NCBI GenBank assembly: GCA_003599485.1
Contig: QZKM01000025.1
Coordinates: forward strand, 2,577 to 66,576
Origin: Gammaproteobacteria bacterium
Lineage (GTDB): Bacteria; Pseudomonadota; Gammaproteobacteria; SURF-13
DNA length: 64,000 nt
Direction of reading: 5' to 3'
The position numbers and the translations under genes are program-made. Below the pieces are notes generated by a model, which did not search any database, was not told where the DNA came from, and saw nothing but the letters and a program-made list of their open reading frames with translations. Below are positions 11,547 through 22,108 of the stretch, piece by piece; position 1 is the stretch's first letter, and the number at the start of each line of letters is the position of its first letter.

Positions 11547-12089
11547 CTAACTTTTAAGCTTTGCGCTGTACCGCTCGCGGAATTTTTTGACTTTGGGCGT
11601 GATGATTAACTGGCAATACGGTTGATTGCCGTTTCTTGCGTAGTAATCCTGATGATAGTCTTCGGCGCGGTAGAACGCATTGAACGGCGTGACTTCGGTG
11701 ACGACGGAGGCAGGCCAATCGCCTGAGGCGTTGACCTCTTTAATCACGCGCCCGGCGGTCTCTTTTTGCGCGGAGTTGTGGTAGAAAACCACCGAGCGGT
11801 ATTGGGTGCCGGCGTCATTGCCCTGGCGGTTGAGCGTGGTGGGATCGTGTATGGAGAAAAATATCTCCAGAAGCTCTTGATAGCTGATGACGCCGGGGTC
11901 AAATGTGATGTGAACCACTTCAGCGTGGCCGGTAGTCCCAGCGCAGACTTCACGGTAAGCGGGATTTTTTACCTTGCCGCCGGAGTAACCGGACTCGACT
12001 TTTGACACGCCCCTCAGGGCGGCGAACAAGGGCTCCAGGCACCAGAAACAGCCGCCGCCCAGCGTGGCAAGCTCCGCGTTCGCGGGCAT
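11547..12089 (-). CDS. msrA: Peptide methionine (S)-S-oxide reductase
   Basis: GGGCFWC, TGHAE, HDPTTLNRQGND, AEDYHQDY; ATG overlaps the folE stop (TGATG). Confidence 0.96.
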   Translation of the reverse strand: MPANAELATLGGGCFWCLEPLFAALRGVSKVESGYSGGKVKNPAYREVCAGTTGHAEVVHITFDPGVISYQELLEIFFSIHDPTTLNRQGNDAGTQYRSVVFYHNSAQKETAGRVIKEVNASGDWPASVVTEVTPFNAFYRAEDYHQDYYARNGNQPYCQLIITPKVKKFRERYSAKLKS

Positions 12090-12688
12090 CAGGGGAGCTC
12101 GCGGTGCATGCCGATCAGGGTGAACAACTCCATGCGCGAGGAGGGATTGTTGAGAAACACGCCGTGCAGTTTGCTGGTGGTGGTCCAGGAGCCTGGTTTT
12201 TTCGCGCCGCGGTAGCACATGCAGAAATGCTGGCACTGCATGATCACCGCCACGCCCTGCGGCTGCAACACTTCTTCGATGGTATCCGCGATCTGCGCGG
12301 TGAGCTTTTCCTGCACTTGCAGGCGCTTGGAATAAATATCCACCACGCGCGCGAGCTTGGACAAGCCGACGATGCGCCCGTTCGGGATATAGGCGACGTG
12401 CGCCTTGCCCACGAACGGCACCATGTGGTGCTCGCAGTGGCTGTGCAACTCGATGTCGGACACCAGCACCAGTTCATCATAGCCCACCGCCGGCTCAAAG
12501 GTCTTGAGCAGGTGTTCCTTGGGGTCCTGTTGATAGCCCTGGAAGTGTTCCTGCAATACGCCGATCACGCGCCCGGGCGTATCGCGCAATCCGTCGCGGT
12601 CCGGATTTTCGCCGATGTACTCCAGCAGCCCGCGTATGTGCGCCATGGCTTGCTGGTCTTTTTTATTGGATGATGAAGAATCAGACAT
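12089..12688 (-). CDS. folE: GTP cyclohydrolase I
   Basis: [35 protein letters not shown]. Confidence 0.96.
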   Translation of the reverse strand: MSDSSSSNKKDQQAMAHIRGLLEYIGENPDRDGLRDTPGRVIGVLQEHFQGYQQDPKEHLLKTFEPAVGYDELVLVSDIELHSHCEHHMVPFVGKAHVAYIPNGRIVGLSKLARVVDIYSKRLQVQEKLTAQIADTIEEVLQPQGVAVIMQCQHFCMCYRGAKKPGSWTTTSKLHGVFLNNPSSRMELFTLIGMHRELP

Positions 12689-12770
12689 GATTAGGCGTCC
12701 AGTGTTGCCGGATAAACGATAGGTCAGGTTGATCGTGATTGGAATACGGCGTGCGCCACACCCGCACGGC

Positions 12771-13040
<270 letters not shown>

Positions 13041-13096
13041 TCACCTGCCACTTTTCCAGCGCTGATTAAATTACTATATCCTACTAAAATAGTCAA

Positions 13097-13702
<606 letters not shown>

Positions 13703-13776
13703 TCAGCAGCGCATGTTAGCCCAATTTAACTGTAATGCACAGGGCTTGAGTCATCTTGCCGGATACTGACGTCTTC

Positions 13777-14070
13777 ATGACCCGCAAAAAACTGTTACCG
13801 CTGTTCGCTCTGCTCGCCGGGCTGAGCGCCGCTTGCGCAAGCATCCCCTCGCAGGAGATGAGCGACGCGCGCCAGGCGGTGCAGGCCGCCCAGGAAGCCG
13901 ATGCCGGTACACTCGCCCCGGAGCAGTTCAGCGAGGCGCAGAAGCTGTTGGAGGAGGCGCGCGGCGCGCTCAGCCTCGGCAATTACAGCGAGGCGCGCGC
14001 CAGCGCCCTGCGCGCCAAAGAAGCCGCCATCCGCGCGCGCGAGCAGGCGCTCGATGCACAAACCAAATAA
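13777..14070 (+). CDS. DUF4398-family lipoprotein
   Basis: Lipobox LSAAC followed by PSQEMSDARQAVQAA and an Ala-rich helix. Confidence 0.8.
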   Translation: MTRKKLLPLFALLAGLSAACASIPSQEMSDARQAVQAAQEADAGTLAPEQFSEAQKLLEEARGALSLGNYSEARASALRAKEAAIRAREQALDAQTK

Positions 14071-14106
14071 AAACACCCTCAACCCCCCGATTTTTTTATT
14101 CTCCGG

Positions 14107-15810
14107 ATGCGCACCTCGCAATTATTACTGCCCACGCTCAAGGAAACCCCCTCGGACGCCGAAGTCATCAGCCACCAGTTGATGCTGCGCGCAGGGCTCA
14201 TCCGCAAACTCGCCGCCGGCATCTATAACTGGCTGCCCCTCGGACTGCGCGTGCTGCGCAAGGTGGAAGCCGTCGTGCGCGAGGAAATGAACCGCGCCGG
14301 CGCGCAAGAGGTGCTGATGCCCGCCGTGCAGCCCGCCGAATTGTGGCAGGAGTCCGGCCGCTGGGGCATGTACGGCCCGGAGCTGCTGCGTTTGCAAGAC
14401 CGCCACCAGCGCGACTTCTGTTTCGGCCCGACGCATGAGGAAGTCATCACCGATCTGGTGCGCAATGAGATCCGCAGCTACAAGCAATTGCCCGCAATCT
14501 TTTACCAGATACAGACCAAATTCCGCGACGAGCCGCGTCCGCGCTTCGGTGTGATGCGCGCGCGCGAATTCCTGATGAAAGACGCCTATTCCTTTCACGC
14601 CGATAAAACCAGCCTGGAAAAAACCTATCAGGTGATGCACGAGGTGTACACACGCATCTTCACCCGCCTGGGATTGAAATTCCGCGCCGTGTACGCCGAC
14701 ACCGGCGCCATCGGCGGCACCGGCTCGCAGGAGTTCCACGTGCTCGCCGACTCCGGCGAAGACGCCATCGCCTTTTGCCCGGACTCGGACTACGCCGCCA
14801 ACGTGGAGCTGGCCGAGGCCGTCGCGCCCGTGGGCAAGCGCCTTGCTCCCCAACAGACGATGCAAATCGTGGACACACCCGGCCAGCACAGCATTGAAGA
14901 GGTCAGCGCGTTTCTGAAAATCGCTCCGCAACGGTGTTTAAAAACGCTGCTGGTGCAGGGTAAGGATAGCGTCGTCGCGCTGGTGTTGCGTGGAGATCAT
15001 GAGCTGAACACGGTGAAGGCCGCCAAGCTCGCGCAGGTGTTCGCTCCTCTGACCCTGGCCACACCGCAACAGGTGCAGGACGCGGCGGGCTGTGCGCCGG
15101 GCTCGGTGGGCCCCGTTGGATTGAAAATCCCCGTCATCGCCGACCGCGCCGCGATGTCTATCGCCGACTTCGTGTGCGGCGCGAACCGGGATGGCAAGCA
15201 CTTGACCGGCGTCAACTGGGGCCGTGACCTGCCTGAACCGTTGGTGGCGGACATCCGCAACGTGGTGGAAGGCGATCCTTCACCCGACAACAAAGGAAAA
15301 CTGTCCATTGCGCGCGGCATCGAGGTAGGGCACATCTTCCAGCTTGGCAGCAAGTATTCCAGCGCGATGGGCGCGAACTATCTGGATGAAAACGGCCAGT
15401 CGCAGGTGATGGAGATGGGCTGCTACGGCATCGGCGTATCGCGCGTGGTGGCTGCCGCCATCGAACAGAATCACGACGCGCGCGGCATCATCTGGCCCGC
15501 GCCCATCGCGCCGTTTCACGTCGCGCTGCTGCCCATGAACATGCACAAATCGCCTCGTACTCAAGAGGCAGCGGAGAAGCTCTATAGGGAGCTAACTGAC
15601 GCAGGCATAGAGGTGCTGTTCGACGACCGCCCCTTGCGAGCGGGCGTGATGTTCGCCGACATGGAGCTGATCGGCATCCCGCATCGCGTCGTCATCGGCG
15701 AGCGCGGCCTCGACGCCGGAACGGTGGAATATCAAGGCCGCCGCGACACGCAAAGCCAGAACGTGCCGCTGCGCGGAATCGTCAGCCTCTTAAAAACATA
15801 CAATATATAA
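14107..15810 (+). CDS. proS: Proline--tRNA ligase
   Basis: [44 protein letters not shown]. Confidence 0.98.
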   Translation: MRTSQLLLPTLKETPSDAEVISHQLMLRAGLIRKLAAGIYNWLPLGLRVLRKVEAVVREEMNRAGAQEVLMPAVQPAELWQESGRWGMYGPELLRLQDRHQRDFCFGPTHEEVITDLVRNEIRSYKQLPAIFYQIQTKFRDEPRPRFGVMRAREFLMKDAYSFHADKTSLEKTYQVMHEVYTRIFTRLGLKFRAVYADTGAIGGTGSQEFHVLADSGEDAIAFCPDSDYAANVELAEAVAPVGKRLAPQQTMQIVDTPGQHSIEEVSAFLKIAPQRCLKTLLVQGKDSVVALVLRGDHELNTVKAAKLAQVFAPLTLATPQQVQDAAGCAPGSVGPVGLKIPVIADRAAMSIADFVCGANRDGKHLTGVNWGRDLPEPLVADIRNVVEGDPSPDNKGKLSIARGIEVGHIFQLGSKYSSAMGANYLDENGQSQVMEMGCYGIGVSRVVAAAIEQNHDARGIIWPAPIAPFHVALLPMNMHKSPRTQEAAEKLYRELTDAGIEVLFDDRPLRAGVMFADMELIGIPHRVVIGERGLDAGTVEYQGRRDTQSQNVPLRGIVSLLKTYNI

Positions 15811-16006
15811 CGAGGCCTGAGCTTCTCCCTGTTTTCCGTCTTCCAAGGGGCGGGGTTCATGCTGCCAAATCGTGCCCATGCTGAGCGCTGATCCAGTACG
15901 CGCCAGCTCCCGCTCCCGCGCCACCCTGTCAATCGCTTCATCGCCACCCGCAGGATTGGCCGCCAGTGCCTTGATCCGGCGGAAAGCGCCTGCGGCGCTC
16001 CTTCGC

Positions 16007-18052
16007 CTAGGCCACCTTGGCGGCATTAAGCGAGATCACCTTGGTCTTGGTGATGCGATGCCTGTATACCTCACGCAGGTAGCGGATTGCCTTCTTGACG
16101 TTCGTGGTGCTGAGCCGGATTTCATTGATGGAAATGAATTTGTTGTCATCCTTGATCAGTTCCCGGTATTTCTTCTCGTACATCGGCTTGATGGCATACC
16201 AGTTGGTGTCGAGGATCTTGGCCGGGTTTTCGTGCACATTGAGGTATTTATCAATGAGCGACTCATCGAAAACATCGCCCTGGATGAAGCTCAGCATCGC
16301 CTTGTCCAGGTCATCCGTGAAGCGGTACTGGTCGTTGCCGAAGCAGCGCTTGATATAGGCCGCCAGCAACGTGACGCACTCGTCGCTCAGGCACGGGCTC
16401 TTGGCGATGATGGTCGTCAGCGAAAGATTGGCGGAGGTGCCGATCACCAGGGCATAGCGCTTCAGGGTGGTGTTCGGAAACAAATTGTTGAGGTGCAGCT
16501 TGAGGCGATTCAAGTTGCTATAGGGAAGCTTGAAATCCTTTGGCATCGAGATGATGGTCACCGTCGATGAGCAGTTCTGGAAGAAATGCAGATCGTTAAG
16601 CTGATTTGCATCATATTTTCCTCCCTGATAGTCCTTTAATACCTCCCTGTACCTGTCCGAGGCAATCGGCAGAATACTGATGCCCTCAATGGTCTTGGTT
16701 TCCTTATTGAAGTGCGGCAGATCGATGGAGCGGAAGAACAGATCGTCCATGTCGATGTCAGGCTTGCTTTGCACCGCCGGCACAAGCGACTCCGCATAGG
16801 CCACTGCCGTGGGGCCAGCCAGGCTCATGAAGAGATCATTGGCATCCAGCCGGACCGTTTCGCCGATGTCGATGCCCGCGCTGTGGAAGTAATTCTCGTC
16901 ATAATCGGCGGTTACCGCCTGCGCCGTCAGGATGTTGAATATCTGCTGCGAAATATACTGGTTCGCATGCTTCTCCATGGTATTGACATCCACATTGCGG
17001 ATGCCGGATGTATCATCGCTGGTTTCATCCACATACCTCATGATGTCATTGGAAATCAGCATCATCGAATTCCAGGGGCGGATGGTGAGCGGCATGACAT
17101 CCTCGGGCTTTTCGTTCTCGCCGCTGTAGGAGAAATCCCATTCCTCCGAAAGATACTTGCAGAGCAGGCGGCCGGCGTTGATGTGCAGCGCCTCGGACAC
17201 CTCTTCCTTTTTCTTGGAGGTAATATTGGGAAGAATGCAAATGCCACAAGTGAAGATAGGCTCGAAAATAAAGGATTGGCGGGCGTTATCACCGGGGGTG
17301 TCCGTCTTGATCTGATCCAGGGTCTTGCTCATATAGGCATACTGCTGGGCCAGCCCAAACTCCGACGCCATGCCTGATCCGGTACCGCCGCCGGCGCTGA
17401 AGATATAAAAGTAAAGCCGGGACTGGTTGGCCTTGATGCCGCAGGAGTCAATCAGGTACGCGTGATTCCGTTTCCACGCCGGATCGGTAAAGGATTCGAT
17501 ATTCCTGTTCAGGATGGTCTTGGCCAGATACTGGCCGAGAATAGGGGCATTACCGGCCCCTCCCGCGTGCACCTCGGACAGATCAAGAATCACGAGCTTG
17601 GAATACTCGGAAAGGAAGCGGGTATCCTCGATGCCGGAGGAGTAGCGGATACGCCCAATTATGTCCTTGTCCAGATCGCCGACCACCACGATAGGCTCTA
17701 TGAGAAAAACCGGTGCATTTGCCTTCTCGGCCTCCGTCTTGAGGCTGTTGCGCACCCATGACATGAAGGCGTAATCATTCTTGTGCTGATCGTGTGACCT
17801 TGACTCCATCGCATCGAAGTAGGCGGTTTTGGCCCGGTACACCATGGTGACCACATCAAGGGCGATATTGGAACCACAACGTCCCAGACCGATGAGGCAG
17901 ACGGAAGGAAACTCACTGACTTTGCTTTTTTCGCCATGGGCGGTAGCGGAAAAGATACCTTTACGGAAGGCATCCAGATTATCCAGGATTTTCTCCGGAT
18001 TCTTTTCGCTATAATATTGATATTGCTTGCGAATTAAGCTCTCGTCTGCCAT
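16007..18052 (-). CDS. Divergent tubulin/FtsZ/CetZ-superfamily GTPase with a long C-terminal region (681 aa)
   Basis: Motifs in superfamily order: IGLGRCGSNI, VVGDLD, GGAGNAPILG, SAGGGTGSG, ICILP, HINAGR, LISND, RLDANDL; GGAAGGA RBS before the ATG. Confidence 0.8.
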   Translation of the reverse strand: MADESLIRKQYQYYSEKNPEKILDNLDAFRKGIFSATAHGEKSKVSEFPSVCLIGLGRCGSNIALDVVTMVYRAKTAYFDAMESRSHDQHKNDYAFMSWVRNSLKTEAEKANAPVFLIEPIVVVGDLDKDIIGRIRYSSGIEDTRFLSEYSKLVILDLSEVHAGGAGNAPILGQYLAKTILNRNIESFTDPAWKRNHAYLIDSCGIKANQSRLYFYIFSAGGGTGSGMASEFGLAQQYAYMSKTLDQIKTDTPGDNARQSFIFEPIFTCGICILPNITSKKKEEVSEALHINAGRLLCKYLSEEWDFSYSGENEKPEDVMPLTIRPWNSMMLISNDIMRYVDETSDDTSGIRNVDVNTMEKHANQYISQQIFNILTAQAVTADYDENYFHSAGIDIGETVRLDANDLFMSLAGPTAVAYAESLVPAVQSKPDIDMDDLFFRSIDLPHFNKETKTIEGISILPIASDRYREVLKDYQGGKYDANQLNDLHFFQNCSSTVTIISMPKDFKLPYSNLNRLKLHLNNLFPNTTLKRYALVIGTSANLSLTTIIAKSPCLSDECVTLLAAYIKRCFGNDQYRFTDDLDKAMLSFIQGDVFDESLIDKYLNVHENPAKILDTNWYAIKPMYEKKYRELIKDDNKFISINEIRLSTTNVKKAIRYLREVYRHRITKTKVISLNAAKVA

Positions 18053-18219
18053 GATTTCCTTCCGTTTTTAGATTTTAAGGAGGAGGCTGATCGCCATAGC
18101 ACTTGAATGGTCAAAAGCTGTGCGACAGGCATTTGTAAGACTAAACTGGCCTCTATAAACAATATTATTGCTATCTTGAAGATACTGATACTAAGGGGAA
18201 GTATGAGGAAAATGCAATC

Positions 18220-18286
18220 GGGTGACAGCCGGTGTCCGTGCGTATCGCTGTGAATCCTGCCCCTTCCGCCAAGCTCACTGTCACCC
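18220..18286 (+). other. 9-bp inverted repeat enclosing a tRNA 3'-end-like fragment
   Basis: GGGTGACAG (18220-18228) / CTGTCACCC (18278-18286) flank GAATCCTGCCCCTTCCGCCA (18252-18271). Confidence 0.5.
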
Positions 18287-18393
18287 CGCTTATTATTCTG
18301 TAACCGGCTGTTTGACCATAACACAGGAAAACAGACGGCGCCATGCTTCGCGCCCACGGCCTGCGGGCGGGTACAGCCCGGCTGCTAATGTCA

Positions 18394-18417
18394 TGCCCGG
18401 ACTCCCCTGTCCGGGCA
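18394..18417. repeat. REP-like hairpin TGCCCGGAC-N6-GTCCGGGCA
   Basis: Perfect 9-bp inverted repeat preceded by GTCA. Confidence 0.5.
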
Positions 18418-18508
18418 GACGATAATCCGGAGGTTTCTGAGCTTTTGTCTTTGCGGCCGCCTGCGGACCGGTAACGGAAATACCAAGAGCATCGTCAGCA
18501 GAAGGCTG

Positions 18509-18542
18509 TATAACCGCTTTTTTGTTATAACCGCTTTCTTGT
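18509..18542. repeat. 17-bp tandem repeat, 2 copies
   Basis: TATAACCGCTTTTTTGT / TATAACCGCTTTCTTGT, one mismatch. Confidence 0.75.
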
Positions 18543-18670
18543 TGGTTGTTAGCCTGCTCCCTCCCCGCGGAAGTGCGTAGCATAACCTCGGCCTTAAGAC
18601 TAGGAGGGGGGGCTTAGGTTGTCAAGGGTCTTCGAGTGATATTATCTATTTGATTGATTTTAAAAATATT

Positions 18671-19318
18671 TTATAACCCGCTCTTGTTCCAGTCGGCCAG
18701 AAATTGCTCCAGACCGAGGGTGGTGAGGGGATGTTTGTACATCTGTTCCAACACCTTGAACGGCATAGTGGCGACGTGGGCGCCGATGTGGGCGGCTTCG
18801 ATCACATGCGTAACATGACGGATGGAGGCCACCAGCACCTGCGTCTTCCATTCGTAATTGCGGTAAATGTCCACGATTTCCCGGATGAGGCCCATGCCGT
18901 GCTCGCCGACGTCATCCATTCTGCCCACAAAAGGTGACACAAACGTCGCGCCCGCCTTGGCGGCGAGGATGGCTTGCGCGGCGGAGAAGCACAAGGTGGC
19001 GTTGACCATCACGCCCTCCTTGCTCAACACGCCGCAGGCGCGAATGCCATCGGGCGTAAGCGGCAGTTTGACCGTGACATTGGGCGCAATTTTGGCCAGC
19101 TCCCGGCCTTGCTTTAACATGCCCTCGTAATCCGTCGCCACCACTTCGGCGCTGACCGGGCCCTTGACCATCTCGCAGATCAGCGCAATCTGCTTGTGGA
19201 AGCTGATGCCGGTTTCCTTGGCCAGCAACGAAGGATTAGTGGTCACGCCGTCGGCCATGCCCAGCTCCACGGCTTTGCGTATATCTTCAAGATGTCCTGT
19301 GTCTATAAAAAATTTCAT
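18671..19318 (-). CDS. Transaldolase / fructose-6-phosphate aldolase (short type)
   Basis: [39 protein letters not shown]. Confidence 0.93.
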   Translation of the reverse strand: MKFFIDTGHLEDIRKAVELGMADGVTTNPSLLAKETGISFHKQIALICEMVKGPVSAEVVATDYEGMLKQGRELAKIAPNVTVKLPLTPDGIRACGVLSKEGVMVNATLCFSAAQAILAAKAGATFVSPFVGRMDDVGEHGMGLIREIVDIYRNYEWKTQVLVASIRHVTHVIEAAHIGAHVATMPFKVLEQMYKHPLTTLGLEQFLADWNKSGL

Positions 19319-19411
19319 CACCGCCTCCTGACCTCAACGAAGCCAGCCAATTCCCATGCCGGACGCCAAATGATGCTAGAATTTCAAGTCTGTCAGCGCC
19401 ACGGAGCATGC

Positions 19412-20665
19412 ATGTATAACAAAATCGTCGTGCCGGGGGACGGCCAGCCGATACGCGTCAACCAAGACAATTCGCTCAACGTCCCTGCCCGCCCCATCAT
19501 TCCCTTCATCGAAGGCGACGGCATAGGTATAGATATTACGCCGGTGATGCGGCGCGTGGTAGATGCGGCGCTGGTCAAGGCGTATGGTGATAAAAAGTCC
19601 ATCGCCTGGATGGAGGTGTACGCCGGAGAAAAGGCCGTGAAGATTTACGGCGGCGACACCTGGCTGCCGGATGAAACGATGCAGGCGCTGCGCGACTATG
19701 TAGTTTCGATCAAGGGCCCGCTTACCACGCCGGTCGGCGGCGGCATGCGCTCGCTCAACGTCACGCTGCGCCAGGAGCTGGATTTATACGTGTGCCTGCG
19801 CCCGGTGCGTTATTTCACCGGCACGCCGAGTCCGCTCAAAAACCCGGAAAAGACCGACATGGTGATTTTCCGCGAGAACTCCGAGGATATCTACGCCGGC
19901 ATCGAGTGGGCCGCGGGCACGCCGGAAGTGAAAAAGGTAATTGATTTCCTGCAACGCGAGATGGGCGTAAAAAAGATCCGTTTCCCGGAAACCTCCAGCA
20001 TCGGCATCAAGCCCGTGTCGCGCGAGGGCACGGAGCGCCTGGTGCGCAAGGCGATACGCTACGCCATCGCCAATAACCGTGACTCCGTCACCCTGGTGCA
20101 CAAGGGCAACATCATGAAATTCACCGAGGGTGGATTCCGCAACTGGGGCTATGAACTGGCCGGGCGCGAATTCGGCGCGACTGAAATAGATAAAGGTCCG
20201 TGGCGCCGCATGAGAAATCCAAAAACCGGCGCGGAGATCGTCATCAAGGATGTGATCGCGGACGCCTTCTTGCAGGAAATTCTGTTGAAGCCGGAGGAGT
20301 TCAGCGTGATCGCCACGCTCAATCTCAACGGCGACTATATTTCCGACGCGCTCGCCGCGCAGGTGGGTGGCATCGGCATGGCGCCGGGGGCGAACCTGTC
20401 CGACACGGTGGCGATGTTCGAGGCCACGCACGGCACTGCGCCGAAATACGCCGGCAAAAACGAACTCAACCCCGCCTCGATCATTTTGTCCGCGGAAATG
20501 ATGCTGCGCCACCTGGGCTGGTGCGAGGCCGCCGATTTAATTACAAAGGGTATCTGCGGCGCCATTTCCGCCAAGACCGTAACCAGTGATCTTGCGCGTC
20601 TCCTGCCCGGCGCGACGCAGGTAAGCACCAGCGGCTTTGGCGAGGCTGTAATCGCACATATGTGA
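19412..20665 (+). CDS. icd: NADP-dependent isocitrate dehydrogenase
   Basis: [52 protein letters not shown]. Confidence 0.97.
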   Translation: MYNKIVVPGDGQPIRVNQDNSLNVPARPIIPFIEGDGIGIDITPVMRRVVDAALVKAYGDKKSIAWMEVYAGEKAVKIYGGDTWLPDETMQALRDYVVSIKGPLTTPVGGGMRSLNVTLRQELDLYVCLRPVRYFTGTPSPLKNPEKTDMVIFRENSEDIYAGIEWAAGTPEVKKVIDFLQREMGVKKIRFPETSSIGIKPVSREGTERLVRKAIRYAIANNRDSVTLVHKGNIMKFTEGGFRNWGYELAGREFGATEIDKGPWRRMRNPKTGAEIVIKDVIADAFLQEILLKPEEFSVIATLNLNGDYISDALAAQVGGIGMAPGANLSDTVAMFEATHGTAPKYAGKNELNPASIILSAEMMLRHLGWCEAADLITKGICGAISAKTVTSDLARLLPGATQVSTSGFGEAVIAHM

Positions 20666-20689
20666 CACAAAATCCTTTTCGCTTCCCGC

Positions 20690-21409
20690 ATGACCCTGTC
20701 ACACCACCGCTATCTTCTTGCGCTCGCCATTCTGTTTTTTGCCGAATGGACGCTGCTCGCCATCTCGCCCTTTGACCGCAAGGATTGGGCGCTGGAGAAC
20801 GCGCTGGTGGCCGTGGCTGTTCTGATTTTGGCGTTCAGTTATCAGCGTTTTCTGCTCTCGCGTGTGTCCTATACGCTGATTTTTCTGTTCCTGTCGCTGC
20901 ACGCCGTCGGCGCCCACTATACCTATGCTCAAGTACCTTATGATGCCTGGCTGCGCGACCTCACCGGCGGCACGTTGAACGATGTCATGGGCTGGGAACG
21001 CAACCATTTTGACCGCCTGGTGCATTTTTCCTACGGCCTGCTGCTCGCCTATCCCATCCGCGAGGTGTTTCTGCGCATCGCCAACGTGCGCGGATTCTGG
21101 GGTTATTTCCTGCCGCTCGATCTCACCATGTCCACGTCCATGATTTTCGAACTGTTCGAATGGGGCGCGGCGGAGTTTTTCGGCGGAGATCTGGGCATCG
21201 CCTATCTCGGCACCCAGGGCGACGTATGGGACGCGCACAAGGACATGGCGCTGGCGAGCATGGGGGCGCTCACCGCCATCGGCTTCACCGGACTCCTGAA
21301 CAGCTATTTGCAGCGCGACTTTGCCCGGGAATGGGCCGACAGCCTGAGAATCAAGCACCCAAGGCCGCTGGGCGAGAACGAAATCGCCCGCTTGTGGCGC
21401 GAGAGATAA
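20690..21409 (+). CDS. DUF2238 (YjdF-like) membrane protein
   Basis: DWALEN, GAHYTYAQVP, RNHFDRLVHF, GTQGDVWDAHKDM. Confidence 0.88.
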   Translation: MTLSHHRYLLALAILFFAEWTLLAISPFDRKDWALENALVAVAVLILAFSYQRFLLSRVSYTLIFLFLSLHAVGAHYTYAQVPYDAWLRDLTGGTLNDVMGWERNHFDRLVHFSYGLLLAYPIREVFLRIANVRGFWGYFLPLDLTMSTSMIFELFEWGAAEFFGGDLGIAYLGTQGDVWDAHKDMALASMGALTAIGFTGLLNSYLQRDFAREWADSLRIKHPRPLGENEIARLWRER

Positions 21410-21413
21410 CCCG

Positions 21414-21752
21414 TTACACGCTCAGCAGCGCGCCGATTTTGGCCGCGCAGATAAAATCGTTTTCCGACAGGCCCTTGATGGCGTGCGTGGTGTAGCGTAC
21501 GCGGCATTTGTTATAGCTCACTTCCAGATCGGGGTGGTGGTCTTCCTGGTGCGCGATCCAGGCCAGGGCGTTTACGAAGGCCATGGTTTGATAGTAGTTC
21601 TTGAACTGGAAGGTGCGGCTGATTTCGGTGGCGGTTTCATTCAGTGACCAGCCGGTGACTTGGTTCAACAAGTCGCGGGCCTGCGCAGTGTTGAGCGGTT
21701 GGGCACCGCCTTCGCAGACTTTGCAGTGTTTGCCGGTTAAATCGGTCGTCAT
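21414..21752 (-). CDS. phhB: Pterin-4-alpha-carbinolamine dehydratase
   Basis: EDHHPD, TTHAIKGLSENDFICAAK. Confidence 0.93.
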   Translation of the reverse strand: MTTDLTGKHCKVCEGGAQPLNTAQARDLLNQVTGWSLNETATEISRTFQFKNYYQTMAFVNALAWIAHQEDHHPDLEVSYNKCRVRYTTHAIKGLSENDFICAAKIGALLSV

Positions 21753-21770
21753 GGCTTTTACCCTCCTCTA

Positions 21771-21807
21771 CCCTCTCCCCAACCCTCTCCCTGCAAGGGA
21801 GAGGGGG
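21771..21807. repeat. REP-like element CCCTCTCCCCAACCCTCTCCC-TGCAA-GGGAGAGGG
   Basis: Hairpin CCCTCTCCC/GGGAGAGGG with a duplicated left arm; a common proteobacterial intergenic repeat type. Confidence 0.7.
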
Positions 21808-21810
21808 AGC

Positions 21811-22092
21811 TTATTTGAATTTGTAAAACGTCTGGTTGAGCCAGGCGGTCACGTCCTCGATCTGCTCGTCCGACCATTTCAGGCGCGCATTGGTTTCGCA
21901 GAAGCGCACGCGCTTTTTCAACGCATCCAGCGAATGGATGATGCTGTTGGGGCGCGTGTGCACCGACGTATCGTGGCAGCGCGTGCAGTTGGCCTGATAC
22001 AGCGCCTCGCCGCGCTTGGCGTCGGCGGCCTGCGTCAGGCCGCAGAGCATGAACGCGGCGCTCAGTATGATTAAAGCCGCGGATTTCTTCAT
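21811..22092 (-). CDS. Small periplasmic monoheme cytochrome c
   Basis: Signal peptide plus a single CTRCH motif. Confidence 0.85.
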   Translation of the reverse strand: MKKSAALIILSAAFMLCGLTQAADAKRGEALYQANCTRCHDTSVHTRPNSIIHSLDALKKRVRFCETNARLKWSDEQIEDVTAWLNQTFYKFK

Positions 22093-22108
22093 TACACACC
22101 TCCGTAAT

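Noticed and set aside
16007-18052. Calling the gene ftsZ, btubA/B or tubZ
   Set aside because: No dcw neighbours, no second tubulin gene and no TubR-like or phage/plasmid context; length and insertions do not fit. Only superfamily membership is supported.
18034-18583. ORFs 18034-18357, 18222-18425 and 18293-18583 as partner genes of the tubulin-like protein
   Set aside because: No recognisable motifs or convincing RBS, and they overlap hairpins and repeats; treated as non-coding.
18053-18670. Known riboswitch or complete tRNA in the long intergenic region
   Set aside because: Only isolated hairpins and a tRNA 3' fragment are visible; I could not match a known riboswitch consensus by eye.
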